DNA of 64,000 bases from Pseudomonadota bacterium. GTDB taxonomy: Bacteria > Pseudomonadota > Alphaproteobacteria > Rhizobiales > JAKSCL01. Below the pieces are notes generated by a model. That model ran no database searches. It saw only the letters and a list, made by a program, of their open reading frames with translations, and was not told where the DNA came from. Below are positions 36,052-45,934 of this stretch, piece by piece. The stretch spans positions 23,168-87,167 of the forward strand of contig JBCCMK010000002.1 in the NCBI GenBank assembly GCA_039026395.1. Reading direction: 5' to 3'. The translations under genes and the position numbers were made by a program. Position 1 is the stretch's first letter, and every line of letters begins with the position of its first letter.

Positions 36052-36747
36052 ATGTTCATTCCGCTTAGTGATCAAAACAGCCTCAAACACATTGATGTCC
36101 ACTACGTTACACTCGGGCTGATTGCGGCGAACGTCCTTATTTTCGCGGTGTTTCAGAGCGGGATCCTCTTTCCGGAAGCGGTACATTTCGCGATCGCAAC
36201 CGGTCTTGGCGTCGTTCCTGGTGAACTTCTTGATAATCTTCCCGCGCGCGGTCCGGTCGGCATCCCCGAGAGCGCGACACTCGTCAGCTACATGTTTCTC
36301 CATGGTGGCTGGATGCACCTTATCGGCAACATGTTGTTCCTCTGGGTCTTCGGGGACAATGTCGAGGATGCGCTCGGGCATTGGCGGTTCCTTATCTTCT
36401 ATCTCGCCTGCGGGATCTTCGCTGGCCTCGCCCATGCTTGGATCAGTCCGACGAGCAACATCCCGCTGGTTGGTGCATCGGGCGCCGTCGCTGGCATCGT
36501 CGCGGCCTATTTGATGCTCCACCCAAATGTCCGCATCTGGATCCTACTCCTCGGTCGATTACCGTTGAAGCTCTCAGCATTCTGGGTGCTCGGCGGCTGG
36601 ATCGTGTTCCAATTTTATAACGTTCTCGTTGCGATCGACGACGTGGTCGCATGGTGGGCGCATATCGGCGGCCTGGTCGCCGGTGCCGTGCTCATCGTCA
36701 TCATGCGACGCCCCGGCGTTCCCTTGTTCGATCGCGACGTGTCCTGA
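36052..36747 (+). CDS. Rhomboid-family intramembrane serine protease
   Basis: HGGWMHLIGNMLFLWVFG and GASGAVAG motifs; 6 TM helices. Confidence 0.9.
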   Translation: MFIPLSDQNSLKHIDVHYVTLGLIAANVLIFAVFQSGILFPEAVHFAIATGLGVVPGELLDNLPARGPVGIPESATLVSYMFLHGGWMHLIGNMLFLWVFGDNVEDALGHWRFLIFYLACGIFAGLAHAWISPTSNIPLVGASGAVAGIVAAYLMLHPNVRIWILLLGRLPLKLSAFWVLGGWIVFQFYNVLVAIDDVVAWWAHIGGLVAGAVLIVIMRRPGVPLFDRDVS

Positions 36748-36868
36748 CGGTGTCAGATTAGAATCCGTCTGAAGACGTTTCGCGGAATTGACACGCTGAA
36801 ACACCTTCGTCTACGTGGATTTCCAAAGTCACGCGCTCGCCACCTGAGCGCCTTGGGGAGATCAAGAG

Positions 36869-37618
36869 ATGAAGGTGCTCGTACCCGTAAAGCGAGTGGT
36901 CGACTACAACGTAAAAGTCCGCGTCAAGCCGGACGGCTCCGGGGTCGAACTCGCTAACGTCAAAATGTCCATGAACCCGTTCGACGAGATCGCTGTCGAA
37001 GAAGCCCTTCGGATGCGTGAGGCGGGCAAGGCGACAGAAGTCGTTGCTGTGTCGATCGGTCCTCAGCAGGCGCAAGAAACGATCCGCACAGCACTTGCGA
37101 TGGGCGCGGATCGCGGCATCCTCGTGAAGACCGACGACCTGGTTGAGCCGCTCGCGGTCGCGAAAATCCTAAAAGGTGTTGTCGCCGAAGAGGAGCCGCA
37201 GATCGTTATTCTGGGCAAGCAGGCGATTGACGATGACTGCAACCAAACGGGTCAGATGCTTTCAGCGCTTCTCGGCTGGTCGCAAGCAACGTTCGCCTCA
37301 AAAATCGAGATCGGTGACGATAAGCTCTCCGTGACGCGCGAAGTTGATGGTGGGCTGCAGACGATCACTGTTGCAATGCCTGCAATCGTGACAACCGACC
37401 TGCGCCTCAATGAGCCACGTTACGCGTCGCTGCCAAACATCATGAAGGCCAAGAAAAAGCCGCTCGATGAGAAATCACCCGCGGACTACGGCGTCGATAC
37501 CGCGCCGCGCCTCGAAGTGATCAATACAACCGAACCCGCAAAACGCGAGGCCGGTATTAAGGTCAACTCGGTGGATGAACTCATCTCGAAACTCAAAGAG
37601 GAAGCGGGCGTCATCTGA
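36869..37618 (+). CDS. etfB: Electron transfer flavoprotein subunit beta
   Basis: [19 protein letters not shown]… is a canonical EtfB N-terminus; 249 aa. Confidence 0.95.
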   Translation: MKVLVPVKRVVDYNVKVRVKPDGSGVELANVKMSMNPFDEIAVEEALRMREAGKATEVVAVSIGPQQAQETIRTALAMGADRGILVKTDDLVEPLAVAKILKGVVAEEEPQIVILGKQAIDDDCNQTGQMLSALLGWSQATFASKIEIGDDKLSVTREVDGGLQTITVAMPAIVTTDLRLNEPRYASLPNIMKAKKKPLDEKSPADYGVDTAPRLEVINTTEPAKREAGIKVNSVDELISKLKEEAGVI

Positions 37619-37639
37619 CGCGCGTTGGGAGTGAGACAA

Positions 37640-38572
37640 ATGACAACGCTTTTAATCGCAGATCACAGCAATGACGGACTGAACGACGGCACGCACAAGG
37701 CGCTGACGGCAGCGCTTGAAATCGGCGGCGACGTTCACGTGCTCGTTGCGGGCTCAAACTGCCAACCGGCGGCTGACGCCGCATCAAAGCTCTCAGGCGT
37801 GGCAAAGGTCTTGGTCGCTGATAGTCCAGCGCTTGAGAACCAGCTCGCAGAGCCGATGGCAGCCCTTCTCCAGGGTATGGCAAGCGGCTATGACGCGCTC
37901 GTGTCACCGGCTTCGACAACCGGCAAGAACGTGATGCCACGCGTCGCCGCTCTTCTCGACGTCATGCAAATCTCAGACATCATCGCGGTCAAAGGACCAG
38001 ATACGTTCGAACGCCCGATCTACGCCGGGAACGCCATCCAGACGGTGAAATCTACGGATGCGATCAAAGTAATTACGGTTCGGACAGCTGGTTTCGCCGC
38101 TGCTGCTGAAGGGGGCTCAGCGCCGATTGAAACGGTCGATGTGCCTGCTGACCCCGGTCTCTCGTCCTTCGTGGGAGAGGACCTCACGGTTTCCGATCGT
38201 CCAGAACTCACGTCGGCCAAGATCGTCGTCTCCGGCGGTCGGGCGCTCGCAAGCCATGACAATTTTGAGAAATACATAGAACCAATTGCCGACAAGCTTG
38301 GTGCTGCGGTCGGCGCTTCGCGGGCAGCCGTCGATGCGGGTTACATGCCAAACGACTATCAGGTCGGACAGACCGGCAAGGTCGTCGCGCCAGACTTGTA
38401 CATCGCCGTCGGCATTTCCGGCGCGATCCAGCATTTGGCGGGCATGAAGGACTCAAAAATCATCGTCGCCATCAATAAGGACGATGAAGCGCCGATTTTT
38501 CAGGTCGCGGATTACGGCCTCGTCGGCGACCTCTTTGACGTCATGCCGGAACTCGAATCGGCACTCGATTAG
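37640..38572 (+). CDS. etfA: Electron transfer flavoprotein subunit alpha
   Basis: FAD motif …[16 protein letters not shown]…IVAINKD. ATG 37640 (GGGAG RBS) preferred over TTG 37625. Confidence 0.95.
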   Translation: MTTLLIADHSNDGLNDGTHKALTAALEIGGDVHVLVAGSNCQPAADAASKLSGVAKVLVADSPALENQLAEPMAALLQGMASGYDALVSPASTTGKNVMPRVAALLDVMQISDIIAVKGPDTFERPIYAGNAIQTVKSTDAIKVITVRTAGFAAAAEGGSAPIETVDVPADPGLSSFVGEDLTVSDRPELTSAKIVVSGGRALASHDNFEKYIEPIADKLGAAVGASRAAVDAGYMPNDYQVGQTGKVVAPDLYIAVGISGAIQHLAGMKDSKIIVAINKDDEAPIFQVADYGLVGDLFDVMPELESALD

Positions 38573-38582
38573 TCACGAATAC

Positions 38583-38615
38583 GGCGCCGCTACGTGTGGA
38601 GACACCTGCGGCGCC
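38583..38615 (+). terminator. GC-rich stem-loop 11 nt after the etfA stop (terminator or stabiliser; no U-tract)
   Basis: GGCGCCGC…GCGGCGCC 8-bp stem with an inner GTGT/ACAC helix. Confidence 0.4.
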
Positions 38616-38712
38616 GCGTACCTACGCCTTGTGTCGACCTTCCCCTTGTGTGCACTGCATGATAGCCGATTAAGAGCACCAAATTTCAGCGCACCCTGAG
38701 GGACGACATCGC

Positions 38713-39588
38713 ATGACATTCCAATCAATTGGCATCATCGGGGCCGGGCAAATGGGGTCCGGGATTGCCCATGTGTGCGCACTTGCGGGCCTGAACGTCA
38801 AAATCAACGATATTTCTGAGGAGAAAATCGAAGCGGGCCTCGCGACGATCAATGGCAATCTGGCGCGCCAAGTCAGCGCCGATCGGATCACGGATGGCGA
38901 GCGGGCAAAGGCTGTTGGCCGTATTACGGCCGCGCCGACGTTTGAGGATGTTGCGACTGCGGATCTGGTGATTGAGGCGGCGACGGAAAACGAATCGACC
39001 AAACGGGATATCTTCACCAAGCTTTGCCCGCTTCTGGGCGACCGCACCATTGTTGCGTCGAACACCTCATCGATCTCGATCACGCGACTTGCGTCGGTCA
39101 CGGACCGCCCAGAAAAGTTCATCGGTATCCATTTCATGAACCCGGTTCCGATCATGGAATTGGTGGAACTCATCAGGGGTATCGCAACCGACGACGAGAC
39201 GTTTGAATCGTCAAAGGCGTTCGTCGAATCGCTTGAAAAGAAAGTGGCGGTGTCGGAGGATTTCCCGGCCTTCATTGTCAACCGCATCCTTCTGCCCATG
39301 ATCAATGAGGCGATCTACACGCTCTATGAGGGCGTGGGTTCGGTCGAGGCGATCGATACGGCGATGCGGCTCGGAGCCAACCATCCGATGGGGCCGTTAC
39401 AATTGGCGGATTTCATCGGCCTCGACACCTGTCTCGCGGTGATGCACGTGCTCTATGAGGGTCTTGCCGACTCAAAATACCGGCCCTGTCCGCTGCTTGT
39501 GAAATATGTCGAAGCGGGCTGGCTCGGTCGGAAGACCCATCGCGGCTTCTATGACTATCGCGGCGATGAGCCGATTCCGACGCGATAA
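38713..39588 (+). CDS. 3-hydroxybutyryl-/3-hydroxyacyl-CoA dehydrogenase
   Basis: IGIIGAGQMGSGIA Rossmann motif and 3HCDH N- plus C-domains; 291 aa. Confidence 0.9.
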   Translation: MTFQSIGIIGAGQMGSGIAHVCALAGLNVKINDISEEKIEAGLATINGNLARQVSADRITDGERAKAVGRITAAPTFEDVATADLVIEAATENESTKRDIFTKLCPLLGDRTIVASNTSSISITRLASVTDRPEKFIGIHFMNPVPIMELVELIRGIATDDETFESSKAFVESLEKKVAVSEDFPAFIVNRILLPMINEAIYTLYEGVGSVEAIDTAMRLGANHPMGPLQLADFIGLDTCLAVMHVLYEGLADSKYRPCPLLVKYVEAGWLGRKTHRGFYDYRGDEPIPTR

Positions 39589-39606
39589 AACCCTGCTCCG
39601 ACGCGG

Positions 39607-41094
39607 GTGAACCTCGCCGAATGGATGCTGGCGCGCGGCAAGGCGCGCAATCTCGGCCATCCGGCAATCGCGTTTTTCGATGAAGCGGGTTGCGTTGAAA
39701 CCCTGAGCTACGAAGCGCTTGAAGCAGAAATTCGACGTTTCGCTGGAGGGTTCCAGGCAGCCGGCCTCCTCCACCCAGGCGACCGGGTCGCGCTCGACCT
39801 CGGCAATGCGCGCGAGATGCCGCTCGCCTTTTTCGGTGCCATTGGTGCGGGGCTGGTCGCGATCCCGCTTTCGGATCAGTTGACCGAATCGGAAGTGCGG
39901 CGCGTCGCCGAGGACGCTGACATCAGAGCGATCATCTCGACACGGTTCAAAGGCTTTGACGGTGTCACCGCGCTTGGTACGGAGGCTCTAACCCAATCGG
40001 AAGACGCGGGTTTTGCCCCAACCGGCGCGGAAGACCCGGCCTTTATGGTCTATACCTCCGGCACATCGGGCAAGCCCAAAGGCGTGGTCCATGCGCAGCG
40101 CTCAATTCTGGGCCGGGTTCCCATGGTGGACGGCTGGACGGGTATCGAGCCCGGTGACCGTCTCCTCCATGTCGGCGCGTTCAACTGGACGTACACGCTC
40201 GGTGTCGGCTTGATGGACGTTTGGGCGAGCGGCGCGACCGCGGTGCGCTGGGTTGGGAAGCGACCGGAACCTCGCGACTGGCCAAGGATCATCGAACAGA
40301 CGGAAGCGACCGTCTTTGCCGCAGTGCCAAGCCACTATCGTCAAATCTTGAAATACACAGATCCAGGCGCGCTGCGCTTTGCGACCTTGAAACGAGCGCT
40401 CTCAGCGGGTGAAGCGTTGAGCGCTGATCTTCTCCACGAATGGCAGGAACGAACCAGCGTGCCTTTGCTTGAATCGCTGGGGATGAGCGAAATCTCCACC
40501 TACATTTCGACAGGGCCGGGAATGGAGCAAAAGCCCGGAAGTCCCGGGCGCCCGCAGCCTGGGCGGCGCATTGCCGTGCTCCCGGAAGATGGCGGCGACG
40601 AGCCCGTGGCCACCGGTGACGTCGGTGTCCTCGCCGTCCATCGCTCTGACCCAGGGCTTTTCCTCAAATATTGGAACGAGTACGCCAACACTGGCGCATT
40701 TCGTGCTGATTGGTTCCTCACCGGCGACCGTGCCTCAATCGACCGGGACGGCTACGTTTGGTTTCACGGTCGCGCTGACGATGTCATGACCGTCCTTGGT
40801 TACCGTGTCGCTCCGCAGGAAGTGGAGGCAGCCCTTACGGGTGTTGATTGTGTTTCGGAGTTCGCGGTTGCGGCACGCGCGGTCAACGACAAGCAATTGA
40901 TCGCGGCCTTTATTGTGACCGAAGCCGCATTCTCTGAGGCTGTTGCTGCTCTTCATGCGCGGGCTGAAGCCGTCCTTGCCCGCTATAAGCGCCCGCACAT
41001 CTATCTGCGGGTCAAAAGCTTGCCGCGAACAGCATCAGGCAAGCTGAAGCGGAAATCCCTTCAAAATGTATCGATCCTCGAAACCTCGAATTAA
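39607..41094 (+). CDS. AMP-dependent synthetase/ligase (acyl-CoA synthetase family)
   Basis: YTSGTSGKPKGV AMP-binding motif, C-terminal …GKLKRK; GTG start. Confidence 0.85.
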   Translation: MNLAEWMLARGKARNLGHPAIAFFDEAGCVETLSYEALEAEIRRFAGGFQAAGLLHPGDRVALDLGNAREMPLAFFGAIGAGLVAIPLSDQLTESEVRRVAEDADIRAIISTRFKGFDGVTALGTEALTQSEDAGFAPTGAEDPAFMVYTSGTSGKPKGVVHAQRSILGRVPMVDGWTGIEPGDRLLHVGAFNWTYTLGVGLMDVWASGATAVRWVGKRPEPRDWPRIIEQTEATVFAAVPSHYRQILKYTDPGALRFATLKRALSAGEALSADLLHEWQERTSVPLLESLGMSEISTYISTGPGMEQKPGSPGRPQPGRRIAVLPEDGGDEPVATGDVGVLAVHRSDPGLFLKYWNEYANTGAFRADWFLTGDRASIDRDGYVWFHGRADDVMTVLGYRVAPQEVEAALTGVDCVSEFAVAARAVNDKQLIAAFIVTEAAFSEAVAALHARAEAVLARYKRPHIYLRVKSLPRTASGKLKRKSLQNVSILETSN

Positions 41095-41131
41095 GCCGGT
41101 CGCGATAAAGTGAAGAGCGGAGGGCAAAGCT

Positions 41132-41326
41132 ATGTCGGCAATTCCAGCATCGGTGGCGCTTACCCAGGCTGAAACGCAAATGGCACTCGCCGCTAAACTG
41201 GCGAAACTGAACGCCAATACCGAAAAAGCCGTGGCCAGTTTGATCGAGCGGTCCGCTGCATCCTTGGAGCAGGCCGTTGCTGCGACCCCGCCGGGCGTGG
41301 GCGCCAACCTCGATATCTCAGTTTAA
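41132..41326 (+). CDS. YjfB-like small protein ('putative motility protein' family)
   Basis: 64 aa with a GGAGGG RBS. Its Ala/Gln-rich helix and C-terminal …GVGANLDISV match the YjfB_motility pattern as I recall it. Confidence 0.5.
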   Translation: MSAIPASVALTQAETQMALAAKLAKLNANTEKAVASLIERSAASLEQAVAATPPGVGANLDISV

Positions 41327-42927
41327 ACCTCCTCCCGCAGAAGTCTGCGGATAATCTTCCCCGTCGTCGTCAACGGTAGGTCATCGCGAAAATCGATCTC
41401 GCGCGGCATTTCGTGGGGCGAGAGGCGCGTTCGCACATGTGCCTGGATCGCCGATTTTGTTTCGTCATCGGCGGCGATGCCGTCCTGGAGCACGACAAAC
41501 GCTTTCACGATTTCGGTCCTGATGGGGTCTGGCCTGCCGACCGCTGCTGCGAGACGCACGGCGGGGTGGGAGATTAGGCAGTCCTCGATTTCTCCGGGGC
41601 CGATCCGGTAGCCAGCGCTCGTGATGATGTCATCATCGCGCCCGACGAATGAGACGAACCCGTCCGCGTCCATGACGCCTTCATCGCCGGTGATCATCCA
41701 GTCGCCGACGAATTTTGCCGTGGTGGCTGCATCATTGTTCCAGTAGCGCAGAAACATGACCGGATCCGGCGCGCGTACCGCGATTTGGCCGAGTTCCTCG
41801 GGCTCGCATGGATTGCCGTCACCGTCGATGATCGCGACCGTATGGCCCGGTACTGGTTTCCCGATTGCGCCCGGTTTCACCGCATCGATTGCGCCGCAGG
41901 ATGATAAGACGAGGTTACACTCGGTCTGGCCGTAAAACTCGTTGATGCCGATCCCTAAGGTTTCCTTTGCCCACTCATAGGTCTTGCGCCCGAGTGCCTC
42001 GCCGCCTGATCCGATTGTTCGAAGGTTGACCGAGGAAGGCGCGGCGCCTGACGCCATGACCATCTTGAGCGCGGTCGGTGGAATGAACGCGTTTCGGACC
42101 GCGTGGTCGGCCATCATCGCGTAGGCTTTTTCCGGGTCGAACTTTGTGAACGCGTAGCCAAGCACTGGAACGCCGAGCGATAGCGATGGCAAAAGCACAT
42201 TCAACAGGCCGCCAGCCCAGGCCCAGTCTGCGGGCGTCCACATGAGGTCACCCGGTTGCGGCAGGAACTCATGCGGCATTTGCACGCAAGGAAGATGACC
42301 CAAAAGTACGCGGTGGCCATGAAGGGCGCCCTTTGGCGGACCCGTTGTGCCGGACGTGTAGATCATAAGTGCCGGAGTATCGGGTGTTGTGTCGACGGGT
42401 GTGAAGTCTGGGGACGCGCGCTCAATGAGCGCGTCGATGCCGTTCGCGCCGCTGTGGCCGCTGATCAGCACGGACTTTAAGCCCGGCAAATCGCCACGAA
42501 TATCGACAATTTTTTCCGCGCCATCGGCGTTTGTTATGATTGCAGCGGCGCCGGAATCTCCGAGCCTGTAAGCCAGCGCATCGACACCGAACATCGCGGC
42601 CATCGGCACGGCGATTGCGCCGAGCTTGTAGATGGCGATGTGGGCGGTGAGCACGTCCACATGCTGGGGCAGGAGGATTGCGACCCGGTCGCCGGCGCTA
42701 ACGCCATGGGCGGCGAGCACGTTTGCGAGGCGGTTGGAGCGGTCTTCAAGTGCGGCAAATGTCCACTCGATGACTGATCCATCCTCATTGCGCATCAGAA
42801 GTGCGACACGACCGGGATGTGTCGCGGCCCACCGCGTGCAGACATCGACGCCGATATTGTACCGGTCGGGGATCTGCCAGACGAAATCGCGGTAGAGGGC
42901 GTCGTAGGTATCGGCGGGTTGGAGCAT
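41323..42927 (-). CDS. AMP-dependent synthetase/ligase (acyl-/aryl-CoA ligase family)
   Basis: 534 aa; YTSGTTGPPKG, …GEI…GY…, C-terminal …TGKIIRR. Confidence 0.9.
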   Translation of the reverse strand: MLQPADTYDALYRDFVWQIPDRYNIGVDVCTRWAATHPGRVALLMRNEDGSVIEWTFAALEDRSNRLANVLAAHGVSAGDRVAILLPQHVDVLTAHIAIYKLGAIAVPMAAMFGVDALAYRLGDSGAAAIITNADGAEKIVDIRGDLPGLKSVLISGHSGANGIDALIERASPDFTPVDTTPDTPALMIYTSGTTGPPKGALHGHRVLLGHLPCVQMPHEFLPQPGDLMWTPADWAWAGGLLNVLLPSLSLGVPVLGYAFTKFDPEKAYAMMADHAVRNAFIPPTALKMVMASGAAPSSVNLRTIGSGGEALGRKTYEWAKETLGIGINEFYGQTECNLVLSSCGAIDAVKPGAIGKPVPGHTVAIIDGDGNPCEPEELGQIAVRAPDPVMFLRYWNNDAATTAKFVGDWMITGDEGVMDADGFVSFVGRDDDIITSAGYRIGPGEIEDCLISHPAVRLAAAVGRPDPIRTEIVKAFVVLQDGIAADDETKSAIQAHVRTRLSPHEMPREIDFRDDLPLTTTGKIIRRLLREEV

Positions 42928-42964
42928 TTCTGTCTCACTCGCTGCCGCGGACTAGGACAGTGGC

Positions 42965-43564
42965 CTAAGGCGTGGCGCGGGCGTCTTCGATAGCCGGTAT
43001 CAGCGTTTCAACAAGGTCGGCCCGGTCAAACGGGCCGATGTGCTTATGCACGATCGCGCCGGTTTTATCGACAATGAATGTTTCTGGCACGCCATAGACG
43101 CCCCAATCGATGGAAACACGTCCGTTCCTGTCCGCGCCCACGCGCTCAAACGGGTTTCCGAACTCGCCAAGGAAGCGTCGAGCGTTGGCGGGAGAATCTT
43201 TGTAATTAATGCCAACGACTGAGTAGCCCCGTGCTTCAAGTTCGAGAAGCATGGGGTTTTCATCGCGGCACGGCACGCACCAGGACGCCCAGACATTCAC
43301 GACCGTGACGTCGCCGGCGCCAACCAAATCACGCGTTCCCAAACCGGGGATCGATGTTGCGCCTTCTGCGAGATCTTCAATCGCAGGGAGAGTGAACTCC
43401 GGAACCTGTTTTCCGATGAGGGCAGATGGGATCGTCGAAGGGTCGCCAGAAAAGAGCCTGAAGTAAAAGAGAACCGCGAGCGCTCCGAAAACGAGAACAG
43501 GCAGGGCCGCCAAGACGAATTGAAAGCGTGAACGGCTGCCGGTCTCGACCGTTTCGTCAGACAT
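42965..43564 (-). CDS. ccmG: Cytochrome c maturation thiol:disulfide oxidoreductase CcmG/DsbE
   Basis: N-terminal TM helix and WASWCVPCRDE active site, within the ccm cluster. Confidence 0.9.
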   Translation of the reverse strand: MSDETVETGSRSRFQFVLAALPVLVFGALAVLFYFRLFSGDPSTIPSALIGKQVPEFTLPAIEDLAEGATSIPGLGTRDLVGAGDVTVVNVWASWCVPCRDENPMLLELEARGYSVVGINYKDSPANARRFLGEFGNPFERVGADRNGRVSIDWGVYGVPETFIVDKTGAIVHKHIGPFDRADLVETLIPAIEDARATP

Positions 43565-43566
43565 TT

Positions 43567-43743
43567 CTAGCGATCTCCGGCCGCAATCGGCGATTCCGAC
43601 CTTCGATCATGGGTCGCTTCCAGCTGCTGAAGACGTCTCTTTTGGCTCTGATAGCTCACAAACGTCCAAACGATGAGCCCGATGATCAATCCCGCTGATG
43701 CGAGGTAGGACGCGAGAATAAACCCGCCATGTTCACCGAGCAT
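43567..43743 (-). CDS. ccmD: Heme exporter protein CcmD
   Basis: 58-aa ORF below the track cutoff, hand-translated: MLGEHGGFILASYLASAGLIIGLIVWTFVSYQSQKRRLQQLEATHDRRSESPIAAGDR. It has a single TM helix and fits exactly between ccmC (2-nt gap) and ccmG (2-nt gap). Confidence 0.75.
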   Translation of the reverse strand: MLGEHGGFILASYLASAGLIIGLIVWTFVSYQSQKRRLQQLEATHDRRSESPIAAGDR

Positions 43744-43745
43744 GG

Positions 43746-44510
43746 CTATTCCGCTGCCTCCGGTGCGGGTGATGCCATCGTCCGCCGATCGGCAGCATGA
43801 GCCGCACGCATCATCAGCGTTTCGGCTTTTCGTCGGTATACGAGCGTGCGCATGCCCGTCATGTGGAGCGCGAAGAAAAGGAGAATGTGCGCGACGGCCA
43901 TCACGAGCAAGGGAACGAGGATGTCAGGGTGGATGGTCGGGCCGTCAAAGCGGGCAACGCTCGCTGGCTGATGGAGCGTGTTCCACCAGTCGACGGAAAA
44001 TTTGATGATCGGGATATTGATGAACCCAACCAGCACCAGGACGGCCACAAGTCGCCCTGACTTTGCGTGGTCCTCAAGCGCGCTACCGAGCGCGATTAGG
44101 CCGAGATACATGAGAAACAGGACGAGCACTGACGTCAGACGTGCATCCCAGACCCACCACGTGCCCCACATGGGCTGACCCCAGAGCGCGCCTGTAATGA
44201 GCGCGATCGCCGTGAAAACCGCGCCGATCGGCGCTGCGGCCCGGATCGAAACGTCAGCCATCGGGTGTCGCCAAACGAGCGAGCCCAACGCCGAAACAGC
44301 CATGATCGCGTAGCACATCATGGCGAGCCAAGCGGCAGGCACATGGATGAACATAATGCGGACGGTGTTGCCCTGCTGATAGTCGGCGGGCGCGACGAAG
44401 AAGCTCTTGTAAAGCCCAAACGCGAAGACCGCTGCAGTCAAACCCCAGAGCCATGGGAGCATGACGCCGGACCAGCGCAGGAAAACGGAGGGGTTTGCGA
44501 ACGTCCACAT
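43746..44510 (-). CDS. ccmC: Heme exporter protein CcmC
   Basis: WGxPMWGTWWVWDARLTS tryptophan-rich motif. ATG 44510 (MWTFANP…) aligns with the E. coli CcmC N-terminus; the track starts at GTG 44561. Confidence 0.95.
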   Translation of the reverse strand: MWTFANPSVFLRWSGVMLPWLWGLTAAVFAFGLYKSFFVAPADYQQGNTVRIMFIHVPAAWLAMMCYAIMAVSALGSLVWRHPMADVSIRAAAPIGAVFTAIALITGALWGQPMWGTWWVWDARLTSVLVLFLMYLGLIALGSALEDHAKSGRLVAVLVLVGFINIPIIKFSVDWWNTLHQPASVARFDGPTIHPDILVPLLVMAVAHILLFFALHMTGMRTLVYRRKAETLMMRAAHAADRRTMASPAPEAAE

Positions 44511-44572
44511 TTGACCGAATTTAAGCTCTGACCATCCTACCGGCAATCCTACGTATACCACATCGGATCAGT

Positions 44573-45241
44573 TTATCCGCGCGATGCGCGCAAAGCGGCG
44601 GCAGTTGCGAACGGTGAGAGCGCTAATGCCGCAAGCGAAATCGCGCACAGCATCAGGAATGGGAAGCGGAACGGTGCTCCGCCAATCAGTGTCGCATTGG
44701 CTGCTCCGACCCCGAAAATGATGATCGGCGTCATGAGAGGGATACTCAGGATCGCGAGCAGCATGCCTGCCCGGCGAAGTGAGACCGTCAGCCCAGCGCC
44801 AATCGCTCCAATTAACGTGATCGCAGGCGTACCGACGAGAAGCGTCAACAGGGTCGCGCCGATGCCAATTGGCGGCATATTCAAAAAGAGCGCGAAAAGC
44901 GGCGCTGCAAGAACAAGTGGCAAGACGTTAGTGAGCCAGTGGCCAAGGCATTTCGCCAGCACCAGGACTTCGAGGGGGAAGTCGGTGAGGGACATGAGGT
45001 CCAGCGCGCCATCCTCATAGTCGGACTGGAACATGCGATCGAGGCCGAGAAGCGTCGAAAGCAGCGCGCCAATCCAGATGAAGGCGGGTCCGAGCCGCGA
45101 AAGCTGGTTGAGGTCCGGACCGATCCCAAGGGGGAGGGCGACGATGAGGATCAAAAAGAAGGCGAGACCCAAGAGCGTGCCCGCGCCGCCGCGCGTCGCG
45201 AGTTGGATTTCTCGCCAGAGAAGGGCGCGGAACTCACTCAT
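44573..45241 (-). CDS. ccmB: Heme exporter protein CcmB
   Basis: 222 aa, 6 TM helices, …FQSDYEDGALDLM… CcmB signature. Confidence 0.95.
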   Translation of the reverse strand: MSEFRALLWREIQLATRGGAGTLLGLAFFLILIVALPLGIGPDLNQLSRLGPAFIWIGALLSTLLGLDRMFQSDYEDGALDLMSLTDFPLEVLVLAKCLGHWLTNVLPLVLAAPLFALFLNMPPIGIGATLLTLLVGTPAITLIGAIGAGLTVSLRRAGMLLAILSIPLMTPIIIFGVGAANATLIGGAPFRFPFLMLCAISLAALALSPFATAAALRASRG

Positions 45242-45876
45242 AGTGGCTCAGTGATCTGGGCACGCGAGACGTCGAGTTTAGAATTGGTCTCTACAGGGAG
45301 GGGGCCGTGGGTTGCGGCGACGATTAAACCGCCCCCCGCCAGATGATCTTTCATGATCTGGCCAAGCACGGCCTCGCTCGCGGCATCAAGCGCGGATGTC
45401 GGCTCATCCATCAGCCAAAGCGCGCGCCGGGCGACGAGCAATCGACAGAGCGCGACGCGTCGTCTCTGGCCCGCCGACAGGACAGACGCGGGCAAATGTG
45501 CGAGTTCAAGAATGTCGAGCGTTTCGAGTGCATCAACGGGGTCGCTTTGACCGCCGTAATAGTTCTTCCAAAACGTGAGATTCTCGAGCGCCGTGAGCGC
45601 GCCTTTCAACCCGTCGCTGTGGGCAAGATAGTGAACGTTGCCGCTATAGGGCGGTCCCTCGCTCTTCATCGTTACAGTACCCGCATCAGGCTTTGCGAGC
45701 CCTGCGAGGATGCGCAAAAGGGAGGTCTTGCCCGACCCATTCGGGCCGACAAGCGCCAGACACTCGCCCGCCGACACCGAAAAGGTGAGGTTTTCAAAGA
45801 GCGTTCGATAACCGCGACGACAGGTGATGCCCTGTGCCTCTAACGTAAGCCGCGTTGTCTCAGGCATGGCGTCCAC
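45238..45876 (-). CDS. ccmA: Heme ABC exporter ATP-binding protein CcmA
   Basis: Walker A GPNGSGKTSLLR, ABC signature LSAGQRRR, Walker B LWLMDEP; 4-nt overlap with ccmB. Confidence 0.9.
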   Translation of the reverse strand: MDAMPETTRLTLEAQGITCRRGYRTLFENLTFSVSAGECLALVGPNGSGKTSLLRILAGLAKPDAGTVTMKSEGPPYSGNVHYLAHSDGLKGALTALENLTFWKNYYGGQSDPVDALETLDILELAHLPASVLSAGQRRRVALCRLLVARRALWLMDEPTSALDAASEAVLGQIMKDHLAGGGLIVAATHGPLPVETNSKLDVSRAQITEPL

Positions 45877-45934
45877 GGAAGTGCTTCGTTGTGTGCGGTT
45901 TCGCCTTTGTGATCACCCGACCTGCGCCCGATCC

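Noticed and set aside
41897-41911. 15-nt exact repeat CAGGATGATAAGACG shared with positions 7-21
   Set aside because: A few 15-mers are expected to recur by chance in 64 kb. The two copies lie in unrelated genes and in different reading frames.
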